Assembly (NCBI RefSeq): GCF_001194135.2
Contig: NC_068991.1
Span: 60,915,880-60,979,879, forward strand
Origin: Octopus bimaculoides
Taxonomy: Eukaryota
DNA: 64,000 bases
Direction of reading: 5' to 3'
Each line of letters begins with the position of its first letter. Positions within the stretch are counted from its first letter, which is position 1. Below are positions 36,661 to 49,665 of the stretch, piece by piece. A model generated the notes under the pieces. That model was given only the letters and a program-made list of their open reading frames with translations, made no database searches and had not been told where the DNA came from. Both the position numbers and the translations under genes were made by a program.

Positions 36661-39600
36661 ACACAAACATCCTTATTACTTCTACACACACACACAGAGT
36701 TATTCACCCATGATATCAACTGACGCCCACACATCCTTGCTTGTTTAACACACCCCATCATCATCACCATCACCATCATCATCGTTCCCATCCACCAATC
36801 AATGGCAATAATTTGATCTTAAAAATTTTTTTTCCCAAGTCAAAATTTATTCTGTTTATGATGCAGCACATTTATATCATAGTTATTTAATAAAAACATA
36901 TAGACAAATCAATTTTCAAAAAAAAAAAAATATATATATATTAAAAAAACCCACCCCAAAAAGAGAAATCAACTCCATCGGTCGCTGTTATTGCTGTAAT
37001 CTAGCAGTGTCAAAATAATTTCAGATAAAACTTAGTTTCCATTAATTCTTATCACAAAAAAAAATAAACCAAACCATTTAAAGACAAAGTATTCTGTCCA
37101 TATTACTACCTCCTCAACAATCGGCTTAAAATATAACGATTGTGTGGACAAATCAGTAAAAAAAAAACAAGCTAGAAATCTGTCTATGGCTGACTTTGCT
37201 AAATCATTTTCGTTTTCTGTTTTGTTTTTATGTTAATAATAAGTCAATGGCTGATTTATAGAGACTGGTTCGTTGCTAATGCTGCTGAAAAAAAGCTGAC
37301 ATTCCACTTGCATCACCACCACCACCACCAACAACAACACTGTTCGTATTCCTATTCCCTCCACCCACTCCTGACCTATCTACTGCAGCCAGAAAGGCAA
37401 CATCTTTAGTATTCATTCCAACTTTTCAATGAAAACAACAAAATTATATTTTCTTTGAGAATTAAGACAAGATTTTAATCGAAGAAAATACATTTCTAGC
37501 ATTTGGCAGAAAGAAAAAGGACATGTAGAAATATTTCAACACAATTTCGTAGCTGACTTTCAAATAAGACAGCAGATAATTTTACTATTGAACAAATATC
37601 AAAGAGAGAAAGAAAAACCAAAAAGAAAAAAAATAATAATGATAATAATAATAATAATAAGCCAAGAAGGAAAGGAAAAGAAACAAAAACAAGCGAAGTA
37701 CTCCACCACAATAAGGTTATATTTCTCTTCCATCAGTAGAGCAATAAATTGCTGTTATCAATACCGAGAGAAGACAGGAGATTAGTCATGTTGTTATCAC
37801 ACAACAATATTGGAACCTTATTTCTGCAGATCAATTAAACTGAAAGGCAAATGTTTATCTGTGTAGTATGTATATTGTGTAGTGAAGCACACTGCTAGCT
37901 GTGGCTCTTGCTTTTGTCTAGAGAAGCTGAACTGTTCAGATAGGAGATCTTTTGTGCCAGCTTCAGCTACTTTTTTGGCTCAAGGCCATTTATAATTGGA
38001 AGTAGTTAACCTCTTACATTACTGGTATTTGTTTTATCAAACCAATGCATACTACAAACACAACCTTGTTACTTTAACACACACTGTTATTCAATTATGA
38101 TATCAATCAACACCCACACATCATTGCTATTTAATGTACACCACCATCATTCACATTCTTTAATCAATGGTAATAATTTGATATTTAAGCTTACTGATAA
38201 AAAAAAATGCTAATCCAGTGGAAGCCATGTTAAAATTTCTATAACATTGCTATCATTGAGAACAATGTCTCCTCCACCATTCATTTTTGGTTCTATTGTA
38301 TTAGTCACTGATACAAGTAGTTCCTTTTCGAAAATTATTTTGTGCAATGTCATCGATATCATCTGTAGTAAAAATAGTTTCTTAATTAATGAATAATGAT
38401 TTTCATTTTATGGACTCCCTTAAACAAAGTTCATGAATCCTTGAGAGTCAATGGAGTCTAGATATGGAGCAATTAATTTTGAATATTCCATACAACTTTG
38501 TGGTAGCATGCAATCTATAGTAACATTTAATCATTTGTGGATTAAGTGCTGAAGTGAGATTTAACATCCACAGTTAATCCTATTCATGTTTCTCTATTTG
38601 GATAATTTTATATGACTTGAAGCTTGTGTTTTAACAAGACCAATATACTGAAAGAAATGGCATATATTTCCAAGATTCCTCCAAATAAATTTAAAGAGAA
38701 TTCCCTCAGGAGACTACTAATACAATGTGAAGAGCCGGGTTTGACTTAATAACATCCGGCTTAAAATAGAAGTCTTGTAGGTACAGGTGTGGGTGTGTGG
38801 TTAAGAAGTTTGCTTCCTAACCAGATGTTTCAGGTTCAGTCTCACGATGTGGCACTTTGGGTAAGTGTCTTCTACTACAGCCCTGAGTTGACCATAGCTA
38901 TGTCAGTGGATTTGGGAGAAGGAAACTGAAAAGAAGCCCTTCAAATATGTGTGCAGGTGGGTGGGTGTGTTTATATCTCCTTCTGTTCACATTGTTTAAT
39001 AGTTGTAAATGAGTGCCACTGTTATACGAGTGATGCCGTTCCTTCCCAGTATTCCGCAAGAACATGTCTGGCCATGGGAAAATATCATCTTGCTTGGAAA
39101 TAAGTGAAGTTTAGTGACAGGAAGGACATCCGGCCAGAGAAAAACTAGTGGACATTCAAACAAAGATGATGATGCTGATGATAATGATGATGATGCAGTA
39201 GTTTAATCACTCAATGACAATCCTTGCTTTTTCCTCATAGAAAAATGTAAAATTACAAACAGAAACTTCAGGTTTAGTTGTTTCTGGAGCTTAATTAGAT
39301 TTAGTAACAAGTGTCCTAAAATATCATAAATTCATTAACAGCTTCCATAACCTCTCTAAAACTCACAGAAAAACAATGAATTCATAATGAAATTTCAGGC
39401 AATACAGATATAACAAAAGCAATTTCGAAAATGGCACTAATTGATGTTTCATCTTTTATCAGTTCTAAAATATGGCTCTGTCTAATATTGTCGACATAGT
39501 AATTATTCAGTAGATAGACTTTATGGAAACAAAAGATCGACAAGATTAAGAGGTTGATTATTGAAAGCAAAGCAAAGTAGGTCTTTAAGGAAACTTGTAA

Positions 39601-40937
39601 CAACCAACAAGAAGTACTTATGTCTGTCTCTCTATGAACACAGGGTTGACTTACAGTGAAGCTTATTTACGTAGTAGCAGTGATGCAGATATAGGGAATC
39701 AATAAGACTTTCAGAAAATTGAATGCTACTCTCCTTAGATCAAAATTAATATCTAAGAACCCGGTAAATTCTTTTTCTTTTCTTTTCTCCCCTTCCCCCA
39801 CCTCCTTTGCCATCTCTTTTTATTTAATTTCATCTACAAGAGTCTTTGAATAATACATTATTTCATTGAAAGCTGGTTGGGCAATACAAATGCCTCCCAA
39901 CCGACCCACTCACATATATGTATGCATGTGTGTGTATATATGTCACTATGTACACAATTATATACATACATACATACATACATACATACATACATACCAC
40001 ACACATAAATATGTATATATATATATATATGTGTGTGTGCAATGCATAAAATTATTACTTTCTTTTTAACATATGTAAATGTACATGTATATGCATGTGT
40101 GTGTGTGTGTGTGTGTGTGTGCAAGCGTGCATATCTATTTGATATGTGGAGGAATAGATATCAGTGTCTGTATATGATTCTTAACACTATTTCTATTTTC
40201 ATTTAAACACAAACATATATATATATATATATATATATATANNNNNNNNNNNNNNNNNNNNNNNNNNNNNNNNNNNNNNNNNNNNNNNNNNNNNNNNNNN
40301 NNNNNNNNNNNNNNNNNNNNNNNNNNNNNNNNNNNNNNNNNNNNNNNNNNNNNNNNNNNNNNNNNNNNNNNNNNNNNNNNNNNNNNNNNNNNNNNNNNNN
40401 NNNNNNNNNNNNNNNNNNNNNNNNNNNNNNNNNNNNNNNNNNNNNNNNNNNNNNNNNNNNNNNNNNNNNNNNNNNNNNNNNNNNNNNNNNNNNNNNNNNN
40501 NNNNNNNNNNNNNNNNNNNNNNNNNNNNNNNNNNNNNNNNNNNNNNNNNNNNNNNNNNNNNNNNNNNNNNNNNNNNNNNNNNNNNNNNNNNNNNNNNNNN
40601 NNNNNNNNNNNNNNNNNNNNNNNNNNNNNNNNNNNNNNNNNNNNNNNNNNNNNNNNNNNNNNNNNNNNNNNNNNNNNNNNNNNNNNNNNNNNNNNNNNNN
40701 NNNNNNNNNNNNNNNNNNNNNNNNNNNNNNNNNNNNNNNNNNNNNNNNNNNNNNNNNNNNNNNNNNNNNNNNNNNNNNNNNNNNNNNNNNNNNNNNNNNN
40801 NNNNNNNNNNNNNNNNNNNNNNNNNNNNNNNNNNNNNNNNNNNNNNNNNNNNNNNNNNNNNNNNNNNNNNNNNNNNNNNNNNNNNNNNNNNNNNNNNNNN
40901 NNNNNNNNNNNNNNNNNNNNNNNNNNNNNNNNNNNAT

Positions 40938-41232
40938 TGCTAATGATATCACATAGTTATACAAGTGATATCCTAATAAAAGTGATATCACACAGCTACA
41001 TAGATGATAGTCTAATGCTAATGATATCACACAGTTGTAAAAGTGATCTCCCAATAAAAGTGACATCACACAACTATATAGATGATGTCCAAATGCTAAT
41101 GATATCACATAGTTATATAAGTGATATCCTAATAACAATGATGTCATACAGTTATATACATGATACCCTAATGCTAATGATATCACACAGTAATGTTCTA
41201 TTGATAGTGATATCACACAGTTATATAGATAC
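40938..41232. repeat. 78-bp higher-order minisatellite (dimer of 39-bp monomers) that continues into the N-gap
   Basis: TGCTAATGATATCAC recurs at 40938, 41016, 41094 and 41172, alternating with a TAAAAGTGATATCACACAG-type monomer. Confidence 0.9.
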
Positions 41233-42394
41233 CGCTTTAATGGCAATAGTATCCCTTATTTACTTAGGCTCTTCACTCTCTATGGAACATAGTCCATTGG
41301 TAACTTTTCTCTTGACTCTGGACTGTCTTTCTTCTTCCAGGCCTTGTTGTTTTGAATTCTCATCAATGCTCTTGCAACTTTGGGTTTTTTTTGTAGGTAG
41401 GGGTGTCAGTGTAAGGAAACCCATTTTTATTTCTTGGAAGAGGTGGTACATGTTAGTTTGGCTGTGTTCTTTTGACCTGTCCAGCATGAAGCCCTAACAG
41501 GAACTTGTACTCGGCTGGTATTTCTTTCAAGGTCAGTGAGGTACATTGAATGATACATTTGTAAATAAGTTAGCTCTGAATTTGGCCTTGAGGTAACAAA
41601 AAAACAAAAAAAAAACAAACCCTAGAAAAATAGTCAGGTATATACGTAGAGTATGTGAGAAAAAATTATCATCATCATAATCACCATCGTCATTTAATGA
41701 CCATTTTCTATGCTGGCATGGGTTGGACAGTTTGACAGAAGCTGGCAAGGCTAGGAGCTGTACCTGGCTCCATTGTTCATTTTGGCAGGGTTTCTACAGC
41801 TGGGTGCCATTCCTAATGCCAACCACTTTGCAGAGTGTACTGGGTGTTTTTTATGTGACACTAACACCAGTGTTTTTTTATGTGGCACCAGCACTAACAG
41901 GGTCACCAAGACAAAAAAAAAAAAAAGGAATCAAAAGGTAACACACCCTCAACTTGGAGTGGTTTGTAGAATTCAGAGAAGCTGAGTCTTGGAATCTTCA
42001 GATCATTTTGACTTATCTTTAAAGGGTTAAACTAATTCTATGTAGTTTATAGATTTCTGTAAAACTGAAATATAAAACAATTTTGATAATTGTCCCAGTT
42101 ATTGCTAAAATTGGCATAAACCCAAAATATAGTTTAGAAAGTAGATCTTGATTATTTTATCATTTTAAGTATAAATATTTAGGAAATACTAATTCAATAA
42201 GCATCACCTGTTCCTCCTTACCATCACCTGCCAATTAGTTTATAAGCTTAAAGATATTCTGCCAGATCTAAGTTAATTTATATGCACCTTAAACTGCTGG
42301 TATCTGATTTTTTCTCCCCTTCTATTCAAAGCTTTGTAATTGTATTTTCATATTACACACTAAGTTAATTCTGAATGTACTAACCTTTGCCTAG

Positions 42395-42464
42395 ATATTT
42401 CCGAACACTTCTCTTTTGCAGCTAAACACTATTCTTACTCCAAACTAAATCTGACATGAGGACA
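42395..42464 (+). other. Candidate stop-containing (non-coding or poison) exon
   Basis: Branch point TACTAAC at 42378-42384, acceptor CTTTGCCTAG, alternative acceptor CTCTTTTGCAG (42421), donor GTAAGT at 42465. Stops in all three frames. Confidence 0.3.
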
Positions 42465-42836
42465 GTAAGTAGTTTTTACAAATAAATGCAAAATAAATAG
42501 ATGTATACAGTCTAATATAGGGTGAAACAGAAAATAACATTTCAGGCAAAGCCATTTGTTAATTGAAAGGCTCTCTCCTCCCATCAGCCCACCCACCAAA
42601 CATTAATCTCTATTTCATCTTACAGAACATAAATACAACTTTTCTTGTGCTTTTATTTCCTAATCTAATTCATGCAGACATATATCAAGTCACTGAAATT
42701 CCAATAACTGGAAGACAGGTCAAAAATATGATCACCTGCTATTTGAGTTCAGTCTACAGCAGGAAATCAGACCAAATCTCTAGTTCCTCTCTCACAAACA
42801 TTTTTACCTCAGAAACATTTTTTTGTCTTTTTCCAG

Positions 42837-42869
42837 TTCCACCTGGTTACCCCCACCGTCTTCTAAAAT
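42837..42869 (+). CDS. Candidate 33-nt symmetric microexon (xPPGYPHRLLK in phase 1, or STWLPPPSSK in phase 2)
   Basis: Acceptor TTTTTTTGTCTTTTTCCAG, donor GTGAGT, length divisible by 3. Host protein not recognised. Confidence 0.35.
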
Positions 42870-43899
42870 GTGAGTAGGCATGTAGTTCCTCTACTGCAAG
42901 AAACCTGTTCTGCTCTGGCCCTTTTCTTCTTATACTTTGCCCCTTTTCCCCCCTATACTCTACCCCTCTTTACTCCTCATCCTACAAGCATAAAGTTGAC
43001 TCCACTCAGTATTTGTAGTTTCGCAACCTGCATGTTGACTTCAATAGTGCTGGTGGCATGAAAAACACACCCAATACACAGTGTAAAGTGGTTGACATTA
43101 GGAAGGTCATTCTGTCACAGAAACGAAGCTGAAATAGACATTGGAACACAATGCAGTCTTTAGGCTCATCAGATCTTGTCAAATGATCCAACACATGCCA
43201 GCATGGAATATGGACATTAATAAGTGATTATAATGATGATGTTAATGATGATGATGATGATGATGAAGCTTTGAACTTCAGATATTTAAGTTGTGCATCA
43301 TCATCCTCACAACCTGAGAGGACTTTCAAAGTCTATGAGCACCAGCCCTTATTCTTCTAACTATCCCATATCCTTTTGACTGTACCAGATTGTCAATTCT
43401 GACAAAGACAAAGGCCTGTAAACGTCTAATGGAGTTGAATGAGAATGTGTGATGTTCATGCTGGCTCAAGAGACATTGGAGAACACAAAGCAGTGAATTG
43501 GCATAGATGTCAGAGCAGCAGAAAGGCTCCTTGCACTCTGGGTTCAATTCTTACTGAGATCAACATTACCTTTTGTCCTGTCAGGGCCAATTAAAAAAGT
43601 AATAACCAAGGGTAGAGGATTAGCAGAATTTTAAGAACTTTGGATTGGATTGGAAACCTTGTGGTATTTGTTCCAGCTATTTTCATCCTGAGTTGAAATG
43701 CTACTGTGGCCGACCTGAGTCGAGGACAATCCCTCACTCAGTTTAACACCAGCACCAGACACTCTGGGTATCTTTTGTAGAGTCTACCTTATTGCAAGCA
43801 TTCAGAACCACGTCTCTGGTTTGGTTGGGTCCTTCTTCTCCCCCTCATATTAGTTTTGGAAGTCATGGTCACTATCTTTCCTCCTGAGTCAGGTATGCA

Positions 43900-44400
43900 T
43901 CATTGCAGTGCATTGTTGCCTCCACCATTTGTTGGTATTTGCTCAGATTGTCTGGCAACCCTCTGAGTAGTGCTCAGTCAGTCCCCTTCTCTGCATGATA
44001 CTTCCTCCTCCACCATGACCATGTGGCATGTGGCTGGCCAACATGAGCCATTGCCCCAGCAGGATATGCAGGATCCAACTCTGAAAATTGAGCAACATGA
44101 CCAAACAGTCTGGCATGACACTCCCAAATCATCCAAGTAACAGGATACATCATATTTTGAGCGTAGTCATTGGTTGGATATGAAACCCAATCAACCAATG
44201 GTAATCCAGAATTTTGTTAAGCGTCCTAGTACCAAAGGAATTCAGGTGGTTCCGAAGGGCCCTGGACAGTGTTCAGACAGCCCAAACTTTTGTCCTCCTC
44301 CTCCTCAGGTATCAGCAGCTCCTAATACCCATGTCCAGTGAGTTCACAACTGCATCAACATGTCCAAGTCTTTTTAAGACTTTGGACTTGCAGCTAATGC
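43900..44400 (-). pseudogene. RTE-clade LINE ORF2 C-terminal relic
   Basis: Minus-strand translations KRLGHVDAVVNSLDMGIRSC*YLRRRTKV, LRNHLNSFGTRTL and VTWMIWECHARLFGHVAQFSELDPAY match RTE C-terminal motifs (RRIG.A..VM.SL...W..RYL.RRTK; RER.LRLFGHVAR..E.DPA). Confidence 0.75.
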
Positions 44401-45914
44401 TGCTATGGATCATAATGCTAAGATAAGTTGTTCACCTTCTTATTAAAAGAATAAAATAAATAAATATCCATATGTGCGTGAGTGTATGTTGGAAATGAAT
44501 AGTTTTAACTGTAAATGAAGACCAGATAAGTAACTCAGTTTGCCAATAAGTCTATAATCCATCTTATATATAACCAAGAATTATGTCACCTAATCTAAAA
44601 TGGATGATATAATATCAGAGCTTAGCTCTAAAAATCTATAACCTCTGTGCTAACAGTTTGCACGCCAACACTGTGATCATTAAACAACCACACTAATATC
44701 AATTTATACTAAATAAATTACCATTTTGAATGCACCTATTAAGCTAACTGTAGTTAAATGCAAAGTATTGAAATATCCTAGGGGGTCATTGTCATACTAA
44801 GATTATATTGGAAGGAAAATATTACATTGAAATTCTCAAACCAAAATCAATGAGAATGTTGCCGTTTAAAGGAGTTAAAGAAAATAAATGGGCTACTGAT
44901 TGAATAGAGTGGAATACATAATCATTATAAATTAGTACTGCCTTCTGACTTCATCAATTTAACTTTATATATCCTAAGGGGAGCATTCTTCTCCAACGTT
45001 TATTGATCTTATACCCATTAACAATCTATCTTCTACTATCTCCTAACCAATTGATTCTTTCTAGCGAGGAACTAACCACAAATAAAAGAAATGAATAGAA
45101 CTTAAACATCTGTCAATTGTCACTGTAAACAATATTCTGTCTTTTACACTCTGAGGTCATTTTAAAAAAAGAATAAAAGAAAGGAAAAAAGGAAAAAAAT
45201 TCGTATTTATTATTTTTTTTCTCTCTTTACCAATAACATTTCCAAGAGGAAATGACAATTACAAACTGTTTCTTCACAATTTCTCCTCACATAAAATAAT
45301 AATAATAACAACAACAATTATAACAAGAACAACAACAATAAGAAGAATCCTTGATAATAATACTTATGATGATGATGGTTTCAAATTTTGGTACAAGGCC
45401 AGCAAGTTCTTACTTTACAGGTGCCAAAGGGATGAAAAGCATAATCAACCGCAGTGGTATTTGAACTCAGAATTCAAAGATGGACAAAATGCTGTTAAAC
45501 ATTTCACAGTGTGCTAGATATTATAATAATAATGATGATGAAAGCAGCAGCAGCAAAGTAGAGACTGTGTAAGTGAAACTCTTATTCTAAGTGGAATAAC
45601 CTAATTTCTGGGATTGAAAGTATGAAATGTAAAAATTGACAGCCTACTTATGAAGATTAAGATGAAGTTGCAGCTGACAGTCTTTACAATACATCGACCA
45701 ATTAAAGGACAGTTTGTGTGAGCCATTGAGGCTATTTCTACTTAGTTGCTTCACCTGCTAGAAATAGTAGCTGAATCTCTCCCAAATCATACTCTACTGT
45801 CTTAATAAAAGAAAGACACATTTGCTTGATTGGAAAAAAGAACGTTGACCTGGTGCAAAAAACTCCAGAAACAATTGTAATGTCAGTTTGACTTCTCCTT
45901 ACCACATTTAATTT

Positions 45915-45965
<51 letters not shown>

Positions 45966-46137
45966 TGGTGTTGTGCAAATTGACAGCCATGCTGGTGGCA
46001 TGTAAAAGCACCCATTACACTCTTGGAGGGGTTGGCGTTAGGAAGGGCATCCAGCCATAGGAACCAGTCAAGAGTCTGGTGCAGCCCCTTACCATACCAT
46101 GGACATTGAATGCTAAATGATGATGATGATGATGGTG

Positions 46138-46181
<44 letters not shown>

Positions 46182-46634
46182 TGATGGTCTTCTTTCAGTT
46201 TTTAATCTATCAAATCCGTTTACAAGGCTTTGGTTTGTCTGTGGATTACAGTAGAAGACACTTACCTGAGGTGCTATATAGTGGGACTGAACCTAAAACC
46301 ATGTGGTTGGAAAACAAACTTCTTAACCACACAGCCATACCTATCTTAATTATAATTTCCATGTTTCATAAAGTTTTTACAGCATTTTTCCATGTTAGAA
46401 TAACCAAAATATGATTTCTCACAAATCCAGGTATTTACAAATTGTTGAGGCAAGTAATTTTATAACTTAGTGACGGTCCTACTGCTAACCAGTTGGCTGT
46501 GAAATGAGGTTTGCGCCTACTTTGCAGCAGAGCACATTCAATTCTTGATAATAGAGTCAGCACAGCAGCAAAAATAACCTTACAGTTCTCTAGCTCAATA
46601 GAATGGTTAGTGAATTGTTTCCTTTATAACGCAG

Positions 46635-46730
46635 GTTGTGAACAACAGCGTCACTGGTTATGGGAGAGGGGAGGTCCAACAGGCCAACCACTGGTTCACT
46701 ATATTTACGATTGACGAATGTGACAAGAAA
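46635..46730 (+). CDS. Candidate 96-nt exon (VVNNSVTGYGRGEVQQANHWFTIFTIDECDKK), unassigned
   Basis: Acceptor TTGTTTCCTTTATAACGCAG, higher-complexity unique sequence. The donor GTGTCT is weak; otherwise the frame ends VS-stop at 46737-46739. Confidence 0.25.
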
Positions 46731-47985
46731 GTGTCTTAACTCAGGTGGAACAAATAACATGAGGAGGTAGTTATGTTTGAAAATGCTGGTTTACTGGTTT
46801 TTCTCACTGCTTCTACGTTCCTAACAAATGTCAGCTGTTTACTCCTCTTGCCATTATACATCATCAAATGATTACACACACACACACAAATACACACACA
46901 TACACACACACACAAATACACACACATACACACACACACACACAAATACACACACATAAACACACAAGTATAGCTGTTTTGCGTTCAGTCCCACTGCATA
47001 GCACCTTCAGTATGTTGCTTCATACTATAGCCCCTGGGTCGACAAAAGCCTTATGAGTAGATTTAGCAGATGGAAACTAAAGGAAGCCTGTTATATATGA
47101 GTGAGAATGTTTTTCTTTTATTATTTTACTTGTTTCAGTCATTTGACTGCGACCATGCTGGAGCACCACCTTGAGGGATTTTAGTCAAACAAATTGACCC
47201 CAGGATTTATTTCTTAAGCCTAGTACTCATTCTATTAGTCTCTTTTGCTGAACTGCTAAGTTACAGGGACATAAACACACCAACACCGGTTGTCAAGCAG
47301 TGATGGGGGGACAAACACATACACAAAGGCATGCACACATAGATAAATACACATACACACACGTATATATAAATATATATGATAGGATTCTTTCAGTTTC
47401 TGTCAACCAAAATCCACTCACAAGGTTTTGGTCGGTCCGAGGCTATAGTGGAAGACACTTGGCCAAAGTGCCATGCAGTGAAACTGAACCTGGAACCATG
47501 TGGTTGGGAAGCAAGTTTCTTACTACACAGCCACACTGGCTCCTATACACAGCCATGCCCATGCCTATTGTGTATGATAGTTATGAGCAAGCGTTATCAT
47601 AATATAAATGCTGTCATCCATTCCCAATCTTCTGTGAAAACATGTTCAATACGGGGAGGAAATATTATCTTGTTTGGATACAAGTCATGGTTGGCAACAG
47701 GAAGAGCGCCCAACCACAGAAAACCAGCTTTGGTGAATTGAAGCAAGGAAAAGTGGATGTTATGATAATGATGATGATATGCCATATTTGTGGCATGGCT
47801 GAATGGTTAAGGAGTTTATATAAATGTATAAGGCATGGCTGTGTGGTACGATGCTTACTTTTCAACCACACGATTATGGGTTCAGTCCCCCTGCTTGGCA
47901 CCTTATGCAAGTATCTTCTACTATAGCCTAGGGCCAACCAAAACTTTGTGAATGGATTTGATGGAAAGAAACTGAAAGAAGCCTG

Positions 47986-48036
<51 letters not shown>

Positions 48037-48273
48037 TATGTGTGTGTGTGTGTTTGCCTACCATCACTACTTGACAACCGGTGTTGGTGTGTTTATGTCC
48101 CTGTAACTTAGTGGTTTGGCAAAAGAGACCAAAAGAATAAGTACCAGGCTTAACAAAAAGTATGTAGTGGGGTTGATTAATTTGACTAAAAATTCTTCAA
48201 TGTGGTGCCCCCAGCATGGCCACAGTCTAATGACTGAAACAATGTGTGTGTGTGTGTGTGTGATGTGTGTGTG

Positions 48274-48322
<49 letters not shown>

Positions 48323-49625
48323 GTTTGTGTCTCCTTCTCTTTACATCACATGATAGTTGTAAATGATTGTCGCATTCATACAAGCAATGTCATTCATTTC
48401 CAATATTCTTTGAAAACATGTCTGGCCATGGGGAAATATTACCTTGCTTGCAAAACAGGTAAGGGTTGGTGACAGGAAGGGCGTCCAGGTCATTGAAAAA
48501 AATCTGCTTCAATAAACTCTATCCAATCTATGCAAGCAAGGAAAAATGGAAGTTAAAATGATGATGATGATGACGACGATGACGATGAAGTTAATTCAAT
48601 AACATGCAAAAATATTTGCAGATAAATGTCAAAAGCCAGAACTTAAGATATTTTTATCCCAAGAGTTATTATCATTCCACAATGTCTTATTTTACCAAAC
48701 CTTGCATGGTGGCTTGGTCTGTGTGATTAGGCAGAAAGAATTTTCTGCTATCATTTAGGTATGAAACAGACCATTACATTAATAAATAAACAAACAAACA
48801 AACAAACCAAAAAACAACAAGCAAAACAAAACTAGCAGACACCTGTTGTAATGTACTTAAAGATATGAAATGGAGTAAGAATAGAGATATTAGGCTTGAC
48901 TAAATTATTCTGCAGTCATACAGTAATTTAATATTTCAATGTTCAATAATATTAAATCTTTTATCTTGTTTTGCTCAATGGACTGTGACTATGCTGGGGC
49001 ACCACCTTGAAGGGTTTTGATGAACAAATTGACACTGGTACATATACTTTTGAAAACTGGTACTTATTCTATTGATGTTGTTTGCCAAACTGCTAAGTTA
49101 CAGAGACGTATAAATGAACATTGGTTGTCACTTGGGATGTGTGTATGTAAGACAAACACAAACACACACACACACACACACATACACACATATATACAAG
49201 CTTCCATACACATTCCGTCTACCAAATTCACTCACAGGGCATTGGTCAGCCCCTGGATATAGTAACAGACAATTGCCCAAGGTATTCTGCAACCACTCAG
49301 TCATGTCTATACCTATATATATATATATATATATATATAATAGGAGGACTATATCAGTGTTCAATAGTGGTTATACACACACACACACACACACACACAC
49401 ATGCATATGTATGTATGCACATACATAAAACATATATAAGCGTTTGTACATAGATACGTACATGCATATTTATATGGTTGCTTGGTTAATCAGTTTGCTT
49501 TGCAATCATATGGTTTCTGGTTCAGTTCCCCTCTAAGGCACCTTGGACATGTGACTTCTACTCTAGCTCCAAGCCAACCAAAGCCTGTCATACACACACA
49601 TTACATATATACTTGTCACTCTCTC

Positions 49626-49665
<40 letters not shown>

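Noticed and set aside
39382-39603. 73-aa hydrophobic minus-strand ORF (LQVSLKTYFALLSIINLL...)
   Set aside because: It starts at TTG, has no consistent splice sites keeping the frame open, and its composition is expected from AT-rich DNA.
41240-41640. Coding-like segment after the minisatellite
   Set aside because: It may be a LINE or Penelope relic, but I could not match any diagnostic motif, so it is left uncalled.
46620-46642. miR-67/307-like seed match (minus strand TCACAACCTGC)
   Set aside because: The 3' half diverges from the known mature sequence, and no ~22-bp precursor hairpin can be drawn.
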